From contig NC_043007.1 of the NCBI RefSeq assembly GCF_006345805.1, forward strand, positions 23,870,001 through 23,934,000: a stretch of DNA of 64,000 nt, given 5' to 3'. The DNA is from Octopus sinensis (lineage: Eukaryota). Every line of letters starts with the position of its first letter. The first letter of the stretch is position 1. Shown piece by piece: positions 1 to 12,984 of the stretch. The notes under the pieces were generated by a model. That model did no database searches and had not been told where the DNA came from. It saw nothing but the letters and a program-made list of their open reading frames with translations. The position numbers and the translations under genes are program-made.

Positions 1-104
1 ATGTTTTAAAAAAAATGGCATAAGCGTTCGTGAACGAGGAGAATTTGCATTAACTGAAAATGGAAAACTGTGTCGCAGTCTCGACTTGACTCGAAGAAAA
101 ATAT

Positions 105-245
105 GAAGGGGATGATGACGATGATGTAGAAGGAGGAGGAGGAGGAGGAGAAGGAGAAGAAGAAGATGGAGAAGAAGAAGAAGACGACGACGACGACGAA
201 GAAGAAGAAGAAGAAGAAGAAGAAGACGACGACGACAACGACGAC

Positions 246-278
<33 letters not shown>

Positions 279-425
279 AAGAAGAAGAAGAAGAAGAAGA
301 AGAAGAAGAAGAAGAAGAAGACGACGACGACGAAGAAGAAGAAGAAGAAGAAGAAGAAGAAGAAGACGACGACGACGAAGAAGAAGAAGAAGAAGAAGAA
401 GAAGAAGAAGAAGAAGAAGAAGAAC
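105..425. repeat. Compound (GAA)n/(GAC)n/(GGA)n trinucleotide microsatellite
   Basis: Direct inspection; explains the three homopolymeric ORFs at 6-502. Confidence 0.95.
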
Positions 426-1169
426 GCTTCTCCCCCCCCCCATTTAGCATTGAATGAAACTTTATACGAAGTGAGAAGCTGATGACGAGAAATGTCCCAC
501 AACCACCATACTACCCCGACCCTAAAAAAAAAAAAAACTAAAATAAAGAATAGAGAAATTAAAAGAAAAGAAAAAGAAAAATGATTTTACTTATGCGTTA
601 AATTACCACTCTAGATGTGGGTCGAGTTTATGTTATGATAGCCTTAGAGGTATTCCCCCATAGCTCTGTGTGCAAGCGCGGTTCTCACTGAGCGTTGGGC
701 ATATCACGCGTTTGCCTGACTATTTTTGTCGTTCTTACCACCCATATTCTAGGACTAATTCACATTTCCACACACCCACATGTTCACATGTATAATAAAT
801 ACATCGTTCCAAGCTGACATATATACATACAAAAGAAAAACCATATTTTACTGGTGTATAATAATATCTCGAAGTTAATCCGACCACCGCTTTTTGTACT
901 TAAAAAATTAGTACACGTGTAGCCGCGTTTTTTCGCCAATTCATTCATCACTGATCCAGATAAATATCGTACGTTCAATTGTGAACCATGTTACGCTCAT
1001 CACGGATTGATGTTTGATACCACGGGTCGGCGATAAGTCGAAGATTCTGCTTGTACCGTAAAAACGCGTCCCTACAATCATCCACAGTACCCAGCTACCC
1101 AGAAAGTACTGACCATCGTTTGAGTTTGCATGACCGTCCTGTGAGGCTGCGTAATTTTTTAATACATAT

Positions 1170-2075
1170 TTTATTTCTTTATTGCCCACAAGGAGCTAAA
1201 CATAGAGGGGACAAACATGGACAGACAAACGGATTAAGACGATTACATTTATCGACCCCGAAAGGATGAAAGGCAAAGTCGACCTCGGTGGAATTTGAAC
1301 TCAGAACGTAACGGCAGACGAAATACCTATTTCTTTACTACCCACAAGGGGCTACACACAGAGGGGACAAACAAGGACAGACACACGGATTACATCGACC
1401 CCAGTGCGTAACTGGTACTTATTTAATCGACCCCGAAAGGATGAAAGGCAAAGTCGACCTGGGCGGTATTTGAACTCAGAACGTAACGGCAGACGAAATA
1501 CCTATTTCTTTACTACCCACAAGGGGCTACACACAGAGGGGACAAACAAGGACAGACACACGGATTACATCGACCCCAGTGCGTAACTGGTACTTATTTA
1601 ATCGACCCCGAAAGGATGAAAGGCAAAGTCGACCTGGGCGGTATTTGAACTCAGAACGTAACGGCAGACGAAATACCTATTTCTTTACTACCCACAAGGG
1701 GCTACACACAGAGGGGACAAACAAGGACAGACACACGGATTAAGTCGATTACATCGACCCCAGTGCGTAACTGGTACTTATTTAATCGACCCCGAAAGGA
1801 TGAAAGGCAAAGTCGACCTGGGCGGTATTTGAACTCAGAACGTAACGGCAGACGAAATACCTATTTCTTTACTACCCACAAGGGGCTACACACAGAGGGG
1901 ACAAACAAGGACAGACACACGGATTACATCGACCCCAGTGCGTAACTGGTACTTATTTAATCGACCCCGAAAGGATGAAAGGCAAAGTCGACCTGGGCGG
2001 TATTTGAACTCAGAACGTAACGGCAGACGAAATACGGCTACGCGTTTCGCCCAGTGTAATAACGTTTCTGCCAGC
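1170..2075 (-). mobile_element. Head-to-tail array of tRNA-derived SINE family A: four near-identical ~175-bp units plus a diverged partial unit; the 5' head is present only once, at the right end
   Basis: GTGCGTAACTGG recurs at 1404, 1579, 1763 and 1938 (spacing 175/184/175). Reverse complement matches the full-length copies at 5995 and 30214. Confidence 0.92.
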
Positions 2076-2160
2076 TCGCCGTCTTTTTAGATACATATTT
2101 AGGTGCTCGTATCCATCAACACGGGACTGGCAAACAGAGAATAATACGCAGGCGCTGAAT

Positions 2161-2286
2161 CCTAACCTTCGACGCAGGAAAAAAATAGAAATGATTAGGA
2201 AAATACGTGACGCTGGAAACTAAGCTTCCACCGCTGTGGGTCGCGAGTTTGGTGTCATTGAACCTACCATTCATTCCATTTAGAAA
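2161..2286 (+). mobile_element. Decayed pogo/Tigger-like (CENP-B-type HTH) transposase N-terminal fragment
   Basis: Translates as RRKKIEMIRKIRDAGN*ASTAVGREFGVIEPTIHSI*K, resembling the HTH pattern K-IIK---G-S---LAREYGV-ESTI--I-K; contains two stops. Confidence 0.45.
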
Positions 2287-3105
2287 GTGGGCGGAGATGT
2301 TTTATTTATCACTGTCTGTTTTTTTTTAACCAAAAACCCGCGATAAAGGAGGATAGATGTTATATAATTTAATTCCCTTTTGTGAAGACGCATGGTGCAG
2401 AAGTTAGAAGCGTTTGGCCTCAAAATCACAAGATAATTAGTTTAGTGAGAGAAGGGCTTGCCTAACGTTTGGTATTTTTCTTGGGAAAATATTTCTCAGA
2501 TTTTGTTTGTAATAAATATTGTGGTCAATGACTTATTGTATAATATTTCCACGAACATTCAACATTTTACTAAATATTTGAAAAAGTAAACAATTTTGTC
2601 AACGAGAGCAAAATACGTGGCTTTATGGTTAGGGCGTTCCGTTCATGATCATACAGTTGTAGGTTCAATTTTTGGACCCAGAAGTACGTTCCGTCCTTGA
2701 AAAAGCACTTTAATTCTCGTTGTTCTAACCTTCTCTGTTGTAATGGGTACGAGTTTGGTGCTGACTCAGTTCTCTCTCTGTCTCCTCCCTCTCCTCAGTT
2801 GTCACATCTTGGATGTTCTGCTGAGCCGAGGGCGAGGGTTGCATCTCTCTTACCTTCAGGTACTCCCTCATTTTTAATTCCTTTTTTTACCTTTAATTGA
2901 AATTATAAGTATAAGAGAGTGTCCGTGTCTGTCCACGATTACACAGGCACTTCAAAATAATTAGCAAGTGATGGCTGACTGTATTAATTCATCCTCTTTC
3001 CCCATCCACCAATTTTGACTCTGATGTCTCAGATAAAAAAATTCTCACATGATGCATCAGTAAATACGGTACGTCAACAGGCACACGCGCGCGCACACAT
3101 ACACA

Positions 3106-3142
<37 letters not shown>

Positions 3143-3394
3143 CACACACACACACACACACAGACGCATGATGGCAGTTTCTTCATGTACGAAGATCTTT
3201 GGAGAAGGGCAGTAGGATCCTTGACGCTACGGGGCTTTTCTTCCTGTCTGTGCTTAGTAGTTTTAAAGCGAGAATTAGTCCACAGAATCTAATCCCATTG
3301 AATCTAATCCCACCTGGCAGTCTGATCACTGTGACTCTGCAGGCCATGACGGTTGCGGGGACAAGCAAGCTGTAGGTTTTAGACTGGAGTTGCT

Positions 3395-4022
3395 CCACAA
3401 GGAGCTAAACATAGAGGGGACAAACAAGGACAAACAATTTCGGGAAAGTGGATAAATCGATTACATCGATCCCAGGGCTCAACTGGTACTTAATTTATCG
3501 ACCCTGAGAGGATGAAAGGCAAAGACGATCTCGGGGGAAATTGAACTCAGAACGTAAAGACAGACGAAATACCTATTTCTTTATTACCCACAAGGGGCTA
3601 AACATAGAGGGGACAAACAAGGACAGACATAGGTATTAAGTCGATTACATCGACCCCAGTGCGTAACTGGTACTTAATTTATCGACCCCGAAAGGATGAA
3701 AGGCAAAGACGATCTCGGGGGAATTTGAATTCAGAACGTAAAGACAGACGAAATACCGCTAAGCATTTCGCCCGGCGTGCTAACGGTTCTTATTTCTTTA
3801 TTGCCCACAAGGGGCTAAACGTAGGGGGAACAAACAAGGACAGACAAACGGATTAAGTCGATTACACCGACCCCAGTGCGTAACTGGTACTTGATTTATC
3901 GACCCCGAAAGGATGAAAGGCAAAGTCGACCTCGGCGGAATTTGAACTCAGAACGTAGCGGCAGACGAAACACCGCTAAGCATGTTGCCCGTCGTGCTAA
4001 CGTTTCTGCCGGCTCGTCGCCT
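3395..4022 (-). mobile_element. SINE family A, three tandem diverged units
   Basis: Three repeats of the ACAAGG(G/A)GCTAAAC...GAAAGGCAAAG...GAACTCAGAACGTA block; junction GACGAAATAC|CTATTTCTTT near 3570. Confidence 0.9.
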
Positions 4023-4722
4023 TATAGAATCTAATTCTATATTGTTTCTGTTGCTTAAGCCGGTGTGCTGTATCCACTGTATGCTACCTATTTTCAACTA
4101 AGTTGACTGTTTTATTTGAGAGTTTTGGTCATGGACGTTTAGACACACATGAGACGGAGTGGAAAACTCACATCTTAACCGAGTCAGCTAACAGTCATTC
4201 AGTAACTGTCGCACACGACATATTTATATTCACACACACCACACACACACACACAACATAAATACACACACATGCGCAAGCATGCAAGTGCGTCACAAAC
4301 TTTTGAATCTATAGAAAGATAACATCAAATTTAGTGGGTGTTTTCTACTTCTGAAGGATTACTTAAGAAAATAAATGAAATTTTCAGAACAAAATCTTAC
4401 ACAATCTTACATCAAAATATCATAAAAAAAGAAAGAAAAAAACCCAAAAAAGAAAAGGAAAAAATACTAAAAAAAAGAAGATGCGAGAGGGGAGGTGGAG
4501 TTGGCCATCTTATGTTTTCTTTAAAGGCGTTTCCCAATTCCAGTGAGCTAGATCGCAGCAAGATGGTTGACGTTGTCGGCTGCTTTTAAACTCATTATCT
4601 TGCATTCCCTTGATAGAAAGACATTAAAAAAGAGGGACATAAAAAGTTGGTTGTCTTAGCCTCGTAAAGTGTATCAATTATATATGAATACTTTATTTTA
4701 AATCTATGTTATGAGATTTCAG

Positions 4723-4794
4723 TTACACTTGAGCTACAGGAAAAAGACCGTTTCCACTTCGTTTATTTTCTCTAACCATGGATGCTCTGACGAG
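4723..4794 (+). CDS. Candidate exon with a Kozak-context start (ACCATGG, ATG at 4778; MDALT, phase-2 donor)
   Basis: tttcag acceptor and GAG|gtatgg donor in unique sequence; no homology recognised. Confidence 0.3.
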
Positions 4795-5488
4795 GTATGG
4801 ATTTCATTTATATATACATACATTCCATTCATATATACATAAACATTTCTTTGTTGTCCGTTTCCTCTAACTCCCAACACCCACTTATGTAGCGCTTCAC
4901 AAACAATCGCCATTGCACCAAGTCTCATCGTGTTCATCAATTGTATGTCATCACGCAATCACTACATTCGGTGTCACTGTTGTTATTGTAAAGCTTTGTG
5001 AGCAGTAATTATGTAATCCTCTACACCGTAAACAAGTTTGTTTCATAAAAGAAACCATATCTCTAAAATCTTGACAGATGTTACTGAGGGATATCATTAA
5101 TAATTACAATCGCCAGACAAAATATATTCACGCCTTCATGATTTATTTTCTCCTTTCTGAATAACTCAAGCGTTATTATTATTACGTATGATTTCAGTAC
5201 TTGACATCTCGAAGTAAACATTTTCCATTCATTGTCAGCGGAATACCATTGTATTTGAAAGTCTCATGGCCCTATTTCACTTATTCAGTTTTTAGGCGTT
5301 GTTGCTTTTTGCGTTTTTAATTCATAACTTCGGATATGGAAGAGAGCACGGTTGGCTGGGTCAAAAGATTATCAAAGCAGCAGCCGAACTATTGGCAGTC
5401 CTCGCATTGTTCTGTGTTGTGACTGAGGCCAAAAGAATTAACTACTAAAATTTAATTAAGTAATTAGAAATTAATATTTTTTTTTTAG

Positions 5489-5508
5489 GACTAATCTGCA
5501 ACTGAACA
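5489..5508 (+). CDS. Candidate 20-nt microexon (R-TNLQLN)
   Basis: Poly-T + ag acceptor and consensus gtgagt donor; phase-compatible with 4778-4794 and 24728-24927. Confidence 0.3.
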
Positions 5509-5994
5509 GTGAGTGCATAAAATCTGCAAGAAACAAATTAATGTCAATCAGAAATAACTACTTTGACACAACTCGAACCAAGTATATATTGCTTTCCAGG
5601 CAGTCACAGTAGATAACACTACACAATTTTTCTCATTTGAACTCCTGGTTTTTTTTTTTCTTGAGTCCTAGGTCTCTTAGGGCCAGTTACCCGGTATCTA
5701 TGGCATGTAAGTGACCGTAATCACAACATTTCCCCTGAAAAGAACGTCGGTCCGCTGCGAGCTTGAAGGTTAGCCATTTTGAGGGGAGGGTATATATCGA
5801 CTCCAGTAAATGACCGGTACTTTATTTTATCGACTCCGAAGGGACGAAAGGCAACGTTGATCTCAGCGGGATTTGAATTCAGAAAGTAAAGGGCCCGAAG
5901 AAATGGGTTTCATTCTGTATGTCTATTTATCCATAATCCCCCACAACTATATTGATAAATCCAGTAATTATTGTAAGGCCGTCAACGTTTTACC

Positions 5995-6224
5995 TATTTC
6001 TTTACTACCCACAAGGGGCTAAACACAGAGAGGACAAACAAGGACAGACAAACGGATTAAGTCGATTATATCGACCCCAGTGCGTAACTGGTACTTATTT
6101 AATCGACCCCAAAAGGATGAAAGGCAAAGTCGACCTCGGCGGAATTTGAACTCAGAACGTAGCGGCAGACGAAATACCGCTAAGCATTTCGCCCGGCGTG
6201 CTAACGTTTCTGCCAGCTCGCCGC
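5995..6224 (-). mobile_element. Full-length SINE family A with 9-bp TSD CGTTTTACC
   Basis: tRNA-like head with A-box and B-box-like motifs (GAGCTGGCAGAA; GAGTTCAAATTCC on the minus strand); TSD at 5986-5994 and 6226-6234. Confidence 0.93.
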
Positions 6225-6539
6225 TCGTTTTACCAATAAGTGAATGAGTTGTGTCTTAACATAATTCTGTTTACGCTTTATAATAATTTAGTCTTCGGTT
6301 ATTTTATCTTGTTGTGGTGGAGCAGGGAGATAAGCGACTGTTGACGAGTCATTTACATTACAATCTTCATCCCAAACTGCTGAAAAGGTCCTTGCAGATT
6401 TAATTTCACATCGACATAGATTACATCAAATACATGTGAGAATATGACTCCGTGTGCTTCTCTGACGTATTTTCTTTCAGCCATATTCATATTCTGTAAA
6501 TCTATTCCATATATATGTACATGGAATATTAATTTCATA

Positions 6540-6628
<89 letters not shown>

Positions 6629-6793
6629 ACAGGAAAAAATAGAACTCAAAATATGAATATTTTTATTAATATTTAGCAGAACCAGTTTGATAAGTGCCCG
6701 TGAACGAAACTCTTGGTCCTTGAGATATTCAGCCGCTTCTGCTAGCTATTAATATACATACATACATACATACATACATACATACATACATAC

Positions 6794-6860
<67 letters not shown>

Positions 6861-6863
6861 ATG

Positions 6864-6942
6864 TATAATCAAAATAAGCAACAAGGATATCCATATTTTT
6901 CTGCATTACCTCTGGATATCCTTGTTACTTATTTTGATTATA
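6864..6942. repeat. 30-bp inverted repeat (one mismatch, 19-nt spacer), MITE-like palindrome
   Basis: TATAATCAAAATAAGCAACAAGGATATCCA versus TGGATATCCTTGTTACTTATTTTGATTATA. Confidence 0.85.
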
Positions 6943-7051
6943 TAATCACCCCATTTTGAATTATATGGATAATACCGTACTAAATTCTGGTGCCTTTAGC
7001 TTAAGTACCATATTCATCTGAATCTAAATTTTACTGAATTTATATATATAG

Positions 7052-7094
<43 letters not shown>

Positions 7095-7492
7095 AACACA
7101 GACCACTTCTAAGTTTTACTGAGTAAAATATGCTTCGCTGAAGAGGGACATTGATACCGAAACGTTTTTTGATTTCTCCTTTTAGCTTGAAAGACGAGAT
7201 ATCTATTCCCATCTGCATTGTTTATATGTTCAAAAAATTTCTCAGTTGGCTTTTTTTTTTGTTGGAATTATCTTTTTGCTTTTTGTTTGTTTTAGATTTT
7301 AAACAATAACAAGCGGAGTTTCTGTAAACCAGTTTCATGAAAAATCTAAGTTGATGGGTTTTAAAAAAAATGTACTACATAACATATGTACGACCCTTCT
7401 ATATGTAGAAAGTTCCTCGGAGGTATTTCCTCTCAGCTATATTGTTGATATTCATAATCAACATTATAATAACGTTATTATTATTATTATTA

Positions 7493-7840
7493 TTAGCAGA
7501 GATACCCGGCCTTACTCGAGATTTAAATGGCATAGATTTTTATTGCTTTACTTCTTTCAGTCATGTGACAGCTGCCATGCTGGAGCACCGCCGTTGGTCG
7601 AAGAAATCAACCACAGGAGTTATCCTTTGTAAACCTAGTACTCGTTCTGTCAGTGTCTTTTACCAAACCGCTAAGTTACAGGAATGTAAGCACGGCAACA
7701 TCAGTTGTCAAGCAATGGTGGGGGTACAAACACAAGACACACGCACACACATACACAAATATACACCTATATACGATAGTCTTCTTTCAGTTTCCGAATA
7801 CGAAATCCACTCACAAGGTTTTGGTCGGTCTGAGGCTATA
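7493..7840 (-). mobile_element. Helitron 3' terminus fused to a truncated SINE family B (composite copy 1)
   Basis: (t)TAG plus CCCGG...CTCGAG hairpin end followed by SINE B sequence; near-identical to 14057-14412. Confidence 0.65.
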
Positions 7841-7959
7841 TTTATGTGTGTGTACGATTAAAACATGTCCGTTACATGCCAGAACTGTATGTTTTATAAA
7901 CAAGTTCCTCTCCTATATACATTACTCTTTTACTCTTTTACTTGTTTCAGTCATTGTAT

Positions 7960-8140
7960 ATATATTCCCCACCTGGATGGGACGCCGGTCCATCGTAGGG
8001 TTACTCATTTTTGTCGGCTGAGTGGATTGGAGCAATGTGAAATGAAGTGTTTTGCTCAAGAACACAACGCGTCACCCAGTCCAGGGATCGAAACCATAAT
8101 CTTACGATCATGAGTCCAACACCCCCTAACTACTAAGCCT
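7960..8140 (-). mobile_element. tRNA-derived SINE family D (CORE/V-like middle region), decayed
   Basis: Reverse complement resembles 37000-37240 (GTTGTGTTCTTGAGCAAAACACTTCATTTCAC...GCGATGGACTGGCGTCCC). Confidence 0.75.
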
Positions 8141-8454
8141 CCATTTACTACGCTACCGGGGTTGATGTAATTGACTTCACCCTCCCTTCAAAAGCTGTTG
8201 CCCTTGTGCCAAAATATGAAACTATTTGTATAATGCAATGTATTGATTGTTCAGTAGGTTTGTTCAATGCGTCTAGTTCGCTTGTTCTGTATGGTACTTT
8301 AGTCTTTTTTAAATCACTATGTCCTTCGTGAGAAGAAATTCTTTGTTTTATAGATACTGTCTTTTTCTCATTTCTAGCTTTGAGCTATAAATTAATACTG
8401 TTTTGTTGATATTCAACGTTGTTATTTATGATTAAAAAAAAAAAAACTAGCACT

Positions 8455-8760
8455 CCGTCAGTTAAGAAACCAGTGTTCCACTTGGTCTGATCATCGGAAC
8501 ATCCTGCTCGTGAAATTAACGTAGCTGAGCACTCCACAGACATCCATACCCTTAACGTAGTTCTCACGGATATTTAGCATGAGACAGAATGTGACAAGAC
8601 TGGCTCTTTGAAAAAGAGGTACGAGTCATTTTTACCGGCTGAGTGGACTAGAACTATGTGAAATAAAGTGTTTTGTTCAAGGGACTAACGCACTGTTGGA
8701 AATCGAACTCACGACATTACACCCGTGAGCTGAGTAACCTAACCACTAACCCACGTGCCT
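8455..8760 (-). mobile_element. Older SINE family C-related copy
   Basis: Shares GCTCGTGAAATTAACGT...GAGCACTCCACAGA...CCCTTAACGTAGTTCTC with 26310-26692. Confidence 0.7.
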
Positions 8761-9371
8761 TCATTGTTATTTATAATAATAAGCAGGTATTGGTGTAGTG
8801 GGCATTTTACGCTAATGTTTAGTTTCTGTTGCTAGTCTATTGATTCCCAAGTAGTGTTTTTGCTTTTAATGCTGTTGACACCGCCGGAGTGAATGGTACT
8901 GCCCGAGTGTCGAAACCGTTAAGATATCCGTTGGGCAGCTGAAGATGGGAAAATGTGTCTGATATACTGGTTAACGAATCTTTTATATCTTGGTGTCTCG
9001 TTATTCTGAAGTTGTCCATCATTTTCTTAAGGCTGAACATGTTTTGGGTTCATAGTTTTTGGCTATTCTATAAAATGGCATTGCTTGATTGACTTCGAAG
9101 ATAATCTTATTAGGCTAGGATAATACTTAATTAATGGGTTCTTGTTTTGTGGGGAGATTCTGTAGCACACACGCGTGCGCGCGTATATATACGGCGGAAA
9201 AGCACCCAAATTTCAGAAAGGCATATTCGAAGAAGAAAGAGAAAAGATATGGCACATGAAAGTATGTAATATAAGCCTATCTTGCATATAGGATCCGAAA
9301 TGATATTTTGAGACTGACTTTTTTTTTAAAAGTGCGTTTTATATGCCATGAAATCGATGACTGAGTGTGTC

Positions 9372-9419
<48 letters not shown>

Positions 9420-9703
9420 ATATATATATAAATATAAATTAATAAATAGATAAAACATATGCATATATACATACATATATGTACTTACCTACCTCTACAT
9501 GTATATATACATGCATATATGGGGGTACAGGACACCCAAAAATGTCGAACACAATGAGAAACGAAAACATAAACACAAAACCAAGGAAATGGACATTTTC
9601 CTTAAACAATGAAAAATAGAGTACAGGACATACAATACAAGGAAAATTCCCCTTCTTCAGTCGCCTTTGTTTCATCTACTCCACGTTTCGATATATATAT
9701 ATA

Positions 9704-10101
9704 CTAGCAGTATCGCCCGGCGTTGCTCGGGTTTGTAAGGGAAATAACTATATAAGCATTTTTAGAGAGTTATAGCCAAAAAATAGCAAAAAAATGCATT
9801 AAAAATGGAAAAAAAAATGATGGTAAATTTTTTAAAAACTCGTTGACTCATCGTAGACATTTTTAGAGAGTTACTTCCCTTATATAATAGCGAAAAAATG
9901 CATTAAAATGGAAAAAATGATGGTAATTAAAAAAAAAAATCGTAGACTCATCGTAGACGCGCGCTAATACCCAGAAGGGCTCGATATGAATCACGACTAT
10001 AGGATACCTTGTTTTGGTTAAACTGCACCGCAAAATGTGGGAGTAGTTAGGAATCTAAATCGTAGGAGACAGACACACAACTTCTCTTTTATATATAAAG
10101 A
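9704..10101 (-). mobile_element. Non-autonomous Helitron (~400 bp)
   Basis: On the minus strand: 5' TC, subterminal hairpin CCCGAGCAACGCCGGG, 3' CTAG in an A|T target; near-identical to 52940-53336. Confidence 0.8.
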
Positions 10102-11434
10102 TATAGTTCATAGATGAGATCCAGATATTCTCCGTACAGAATACACTTAGTAGTGCTGAAGTAATTTAAACTTGAGCTGGTATAGAGGCAAATGTTGGGA
10201 TAAGCAATTTAGACAGATTGAGCTCACACCCACCAGGGAAAACTACTACAACTTTTGACGAACGTTTACATTTACTATTTGGTAAACCTGCTCAATGCGT
10301 TCGTTTTGAAAAAGTCCTTGACCTCTGGTACAAAACCAAAGTGACATGACATATTAAACAAAACTGAGCGAAGGGAAATAAAGGCGTTCTGAAACAAAAC
10401 CAAAAGTTCTCAAACAATAACAAACAGTGCGTCTGTTCAAAAGGCGCCAAAAGCCTTCTAAAGTAGCTGACTAAACTGATATGCCGCTATGTTTTCAAAT
10501 ATCATACTATCACTGTTTTTTTCCTTTTGTTTTCAAATGTAAGTCGTATTATTCATATATTTTGCTGTTTTATTCACAACCAGCAAATACTGAAATATCT
10601 ACGAGATAGTTATACATTTCTCATGGAGAAGTACACAGTCTACTATGAGATGTATTAAACAAACGAAAATTACTAACACTACAGAAATGTTATGTCAACA
10701 ATAACAGATGGCTAAACATCAACTTTTGGCAGCGAGATCTGTTGTTATTCGAAAAAAAAAATTTTTTTTCGTTTGTTTTTGCAACGTGTTAATATATTTC
10801 CTTTGGTTCACTTTTGTTTAATATGTTAAGTCGTTTTCGTTTCTTTTTACCGAAGGCCAAGAATGTTTCGAACGCGGACGTATTGAGCAAGACTACCTCA
10901 CTATCCCCATTGCCCCGGAGGAGAATGATCATATTTGATGGGATATACAACATTTTGTTTTTCCAAAACAATGTCTCGAAATATTACCCGCGGGTCCTAT
11001 CTGTGAAGCTGGAACTATATTGATTTCAAATTTTGGAACAGGGCCAGCAAGTTCGGGGAAGGAGTTAAGTCGATTACGTCGACCCCAGATTTTAAATAGT
11101 ACTTATTTCATCGACCCTGGAAGGATTAAAGACATAGTCAACCTCGGCGGAAATTGAACTCAGAGAATGACGAAATATCGCTACGCACTTCGCTCGGCGT
11201 GCTAACGATTCTGCCAGCTCCCTGCTTTGAAGTTGAGAGCTATATTGTATTCTGTAATGCCCTAAAAACAATTTTTTGCTAAATGACATGCGTCAAGTAT
11301 GCCCGTCTGTCTTTTAATCCATCAAGACACGGCAGGTAGTGAAGATGAGGAGCTTAAAACCCATTTTTCTTCTCTTGCCCTATTTTATGGATCCAGGTGA
11401 GATGGGAAGAAGTTCTTGAACTTAGAACGTATTC

Positions 11435-11602
11435 CTATTTCTTTATTGCTCACAAGGGGCTAAACACAGAGAGGACAAACAAGGATAGACAAACGGATTA
11501 AGTCTTTTACATCGACCCCAGCGCGTAACTGGTACTTAATTTATCGACCCCGAAAGGATGAAAGGCAAAGTCGACCTCGGCGGAATTTGAACTCAGAACG
11601 TA
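11435..11602 (-). mobile_element. 5'-truncated SINE family A with AGAACGTATTCC duplication
   Basis: Matches the family A 3' body; flanking duplication near 11424 and 11595. Confidence 0.85.
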
Positions 11603-11679
11603 TTCCATTCAGGGTTTCTGGTGAGATGTAATGTCAGTCGATAAAATTTAAATATCATTCCTCCTTTTGGAGTACGTAG

Positions 11680-12045
11680 TCATTGGACTACGACCATACT
11701 GGAGCACCGCTTTGAAGGGTTTAGTCGAAGAAATAGATCCCAGTACTTGATTTTAAGATACTTATTCTGTCGTCACATTCTACCGAACTGCTATGCTACG
11801 GGGACGTAAACAAACCGATATCGGTTATCAAGCGGAGTTGGACAAGCACAAAGGCACACACACACACCACACACACACACATGACAGCTTCCACAATTTC
11901 TGTCTACCATATTCACTCACAAAGCGTTGGTCAGCCCGGACCTATAACAGAAGACTCTTGTTCAAGGTGCCGCACAGCGGGACTGAACATGAGACCACGT
12001 GGATGAAAAGAGGGCTTCTTAAACCACACAGCCATAAAACAGAGT
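11680..12045 (-). mobile_element. SINE family B, decayed
   Basis: CCATACTGGAGCACCGC...GGGACGTAAAC...AAGGTGCCGCACAGCGGGACTGAAC matches the family B reverse complement. Confidence 0.8.
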
Positions 12046-12241
12046 TATGGGTTCTCTCGACTCTTGGAAAACCGTATAACGGTTTCGCGCCAAAGTATCT
12101 GCGAATATCTGGATGTCAATACACTTTTGTGTGCATGTATACACACACATGAAAATATGAATGTATGTATGAGTGTGTGTGTGTATGCATGTATGTATAC
12201 GTTTCAATTAATACAGACATCTGTATATATATTTGTGTGTA

Positions 12242-12626
12242 GTGGAGGCGCAATGGCCCAGTGGTTAGGGCAGCGGACTCGCGGTCATAGGATCGCGGTT
12301 TCGATTCCCAGACCGGGCGTTGTGAGTGTTTATTGAGCGAAAACACCTAAAGCTCCACGAGGCTCCGGCAGGGGATGGTGGTGATCCCTGCTGTACTCTT
12401 TCACCACAACTTTCTCTCACTCTTACTTCCTGCTTCTGTTGTACCTGTATTTCAAAGGGCCGGCCTTGTCACTCTCTGTGTCACGCTGAATATCCCCGAG
12501 AACTACGTTAAGGGTACACGTGTCTGTGGAGTGCTCAGCCACTTACACGTTAATTTCACGAGCAGGCTGTTCCGTTGATTCGGATCAACCGGAGCCCTCG
12601 TCGTCGTAACCGACGGAGTACTTCCA
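12242..12626 (+). mobile_element. Full-length SINE family C (tRNA-Arg-like head, tail type 1) with TSD TATATTTGTGTGT
   Basis: GGAGGCGCAATGGCCCAGTGGTTAGGGCAGCGGACTCGCGG...GGTTTCGATTCC (TCG at the anticodon-like position); ~96% identical by eye to the inverted copy at 26310-26692. Confidence 0.92.
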
Positions 12627-12632
12627 TCTATA

Positions 12633-12678
<46 letters not shown>

Positions 12679-12936
12679 AATCAAAGCTGAACCTCTTCCT
12701 GTCAAGAGTCCCAGATGAGCCTACCTCACGGAAAGAGGTGCAAATGAGGGTAGCTATATCAAACTCCATTCTTCATCAAGTGCCACATATTAGAGGAGGC
12801 TCCTAGTCATAACAGTGTAGCGCAAAACGGCGGTGCACCAGCATGGCCGCAGCTCTGAGCTGAAACTTTAAAAAAATGTATATGTATATATATATATGTA
12901 TAAATCTGTATATGTATATATATATATAAATGTGTC

Positions 12937-12984
<48 letters not shown>

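Noticed and set aside
6-502. Poly-L/F/K/R ORFs and an open poly-D/E frame
   Set aside because: Pure trinucleotide microsatellite; the acidic frame has a stop just upstream and no start or splice context.
1328-2032. Regular ~175-bp repeats as a CRISPR-like or coding array
   Set aside because: No unique spacers; the units are SINE bodies in eukaryotic DNA.
7138-7170. CTGAAGA-GG..CC-GAAACGT hammerhead-like motif (similar remnants near 13716, 29590-29635, 31594 and 42300)
   Set aside because: Stem I or the core cannot form; probably decayed relics.
8837-9040. 67-codon minus-strand ORF in unique sequence
   Set aside because: No recognisable homology, weak splice context and upstream frames closed.
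10858-10940. Possible terminal exon xQECFERGRIEQDYLTIPIAPEENDHI*
   Set aside because: Acceptor is plausible, but there is no independent support and competing frames are open.
12242-12320. tRNA-Arg gene (and the other SINE heads)
   Set aside because: Cloverleaf is not maintained and the sequence continues into SINE bodies with TSDs.
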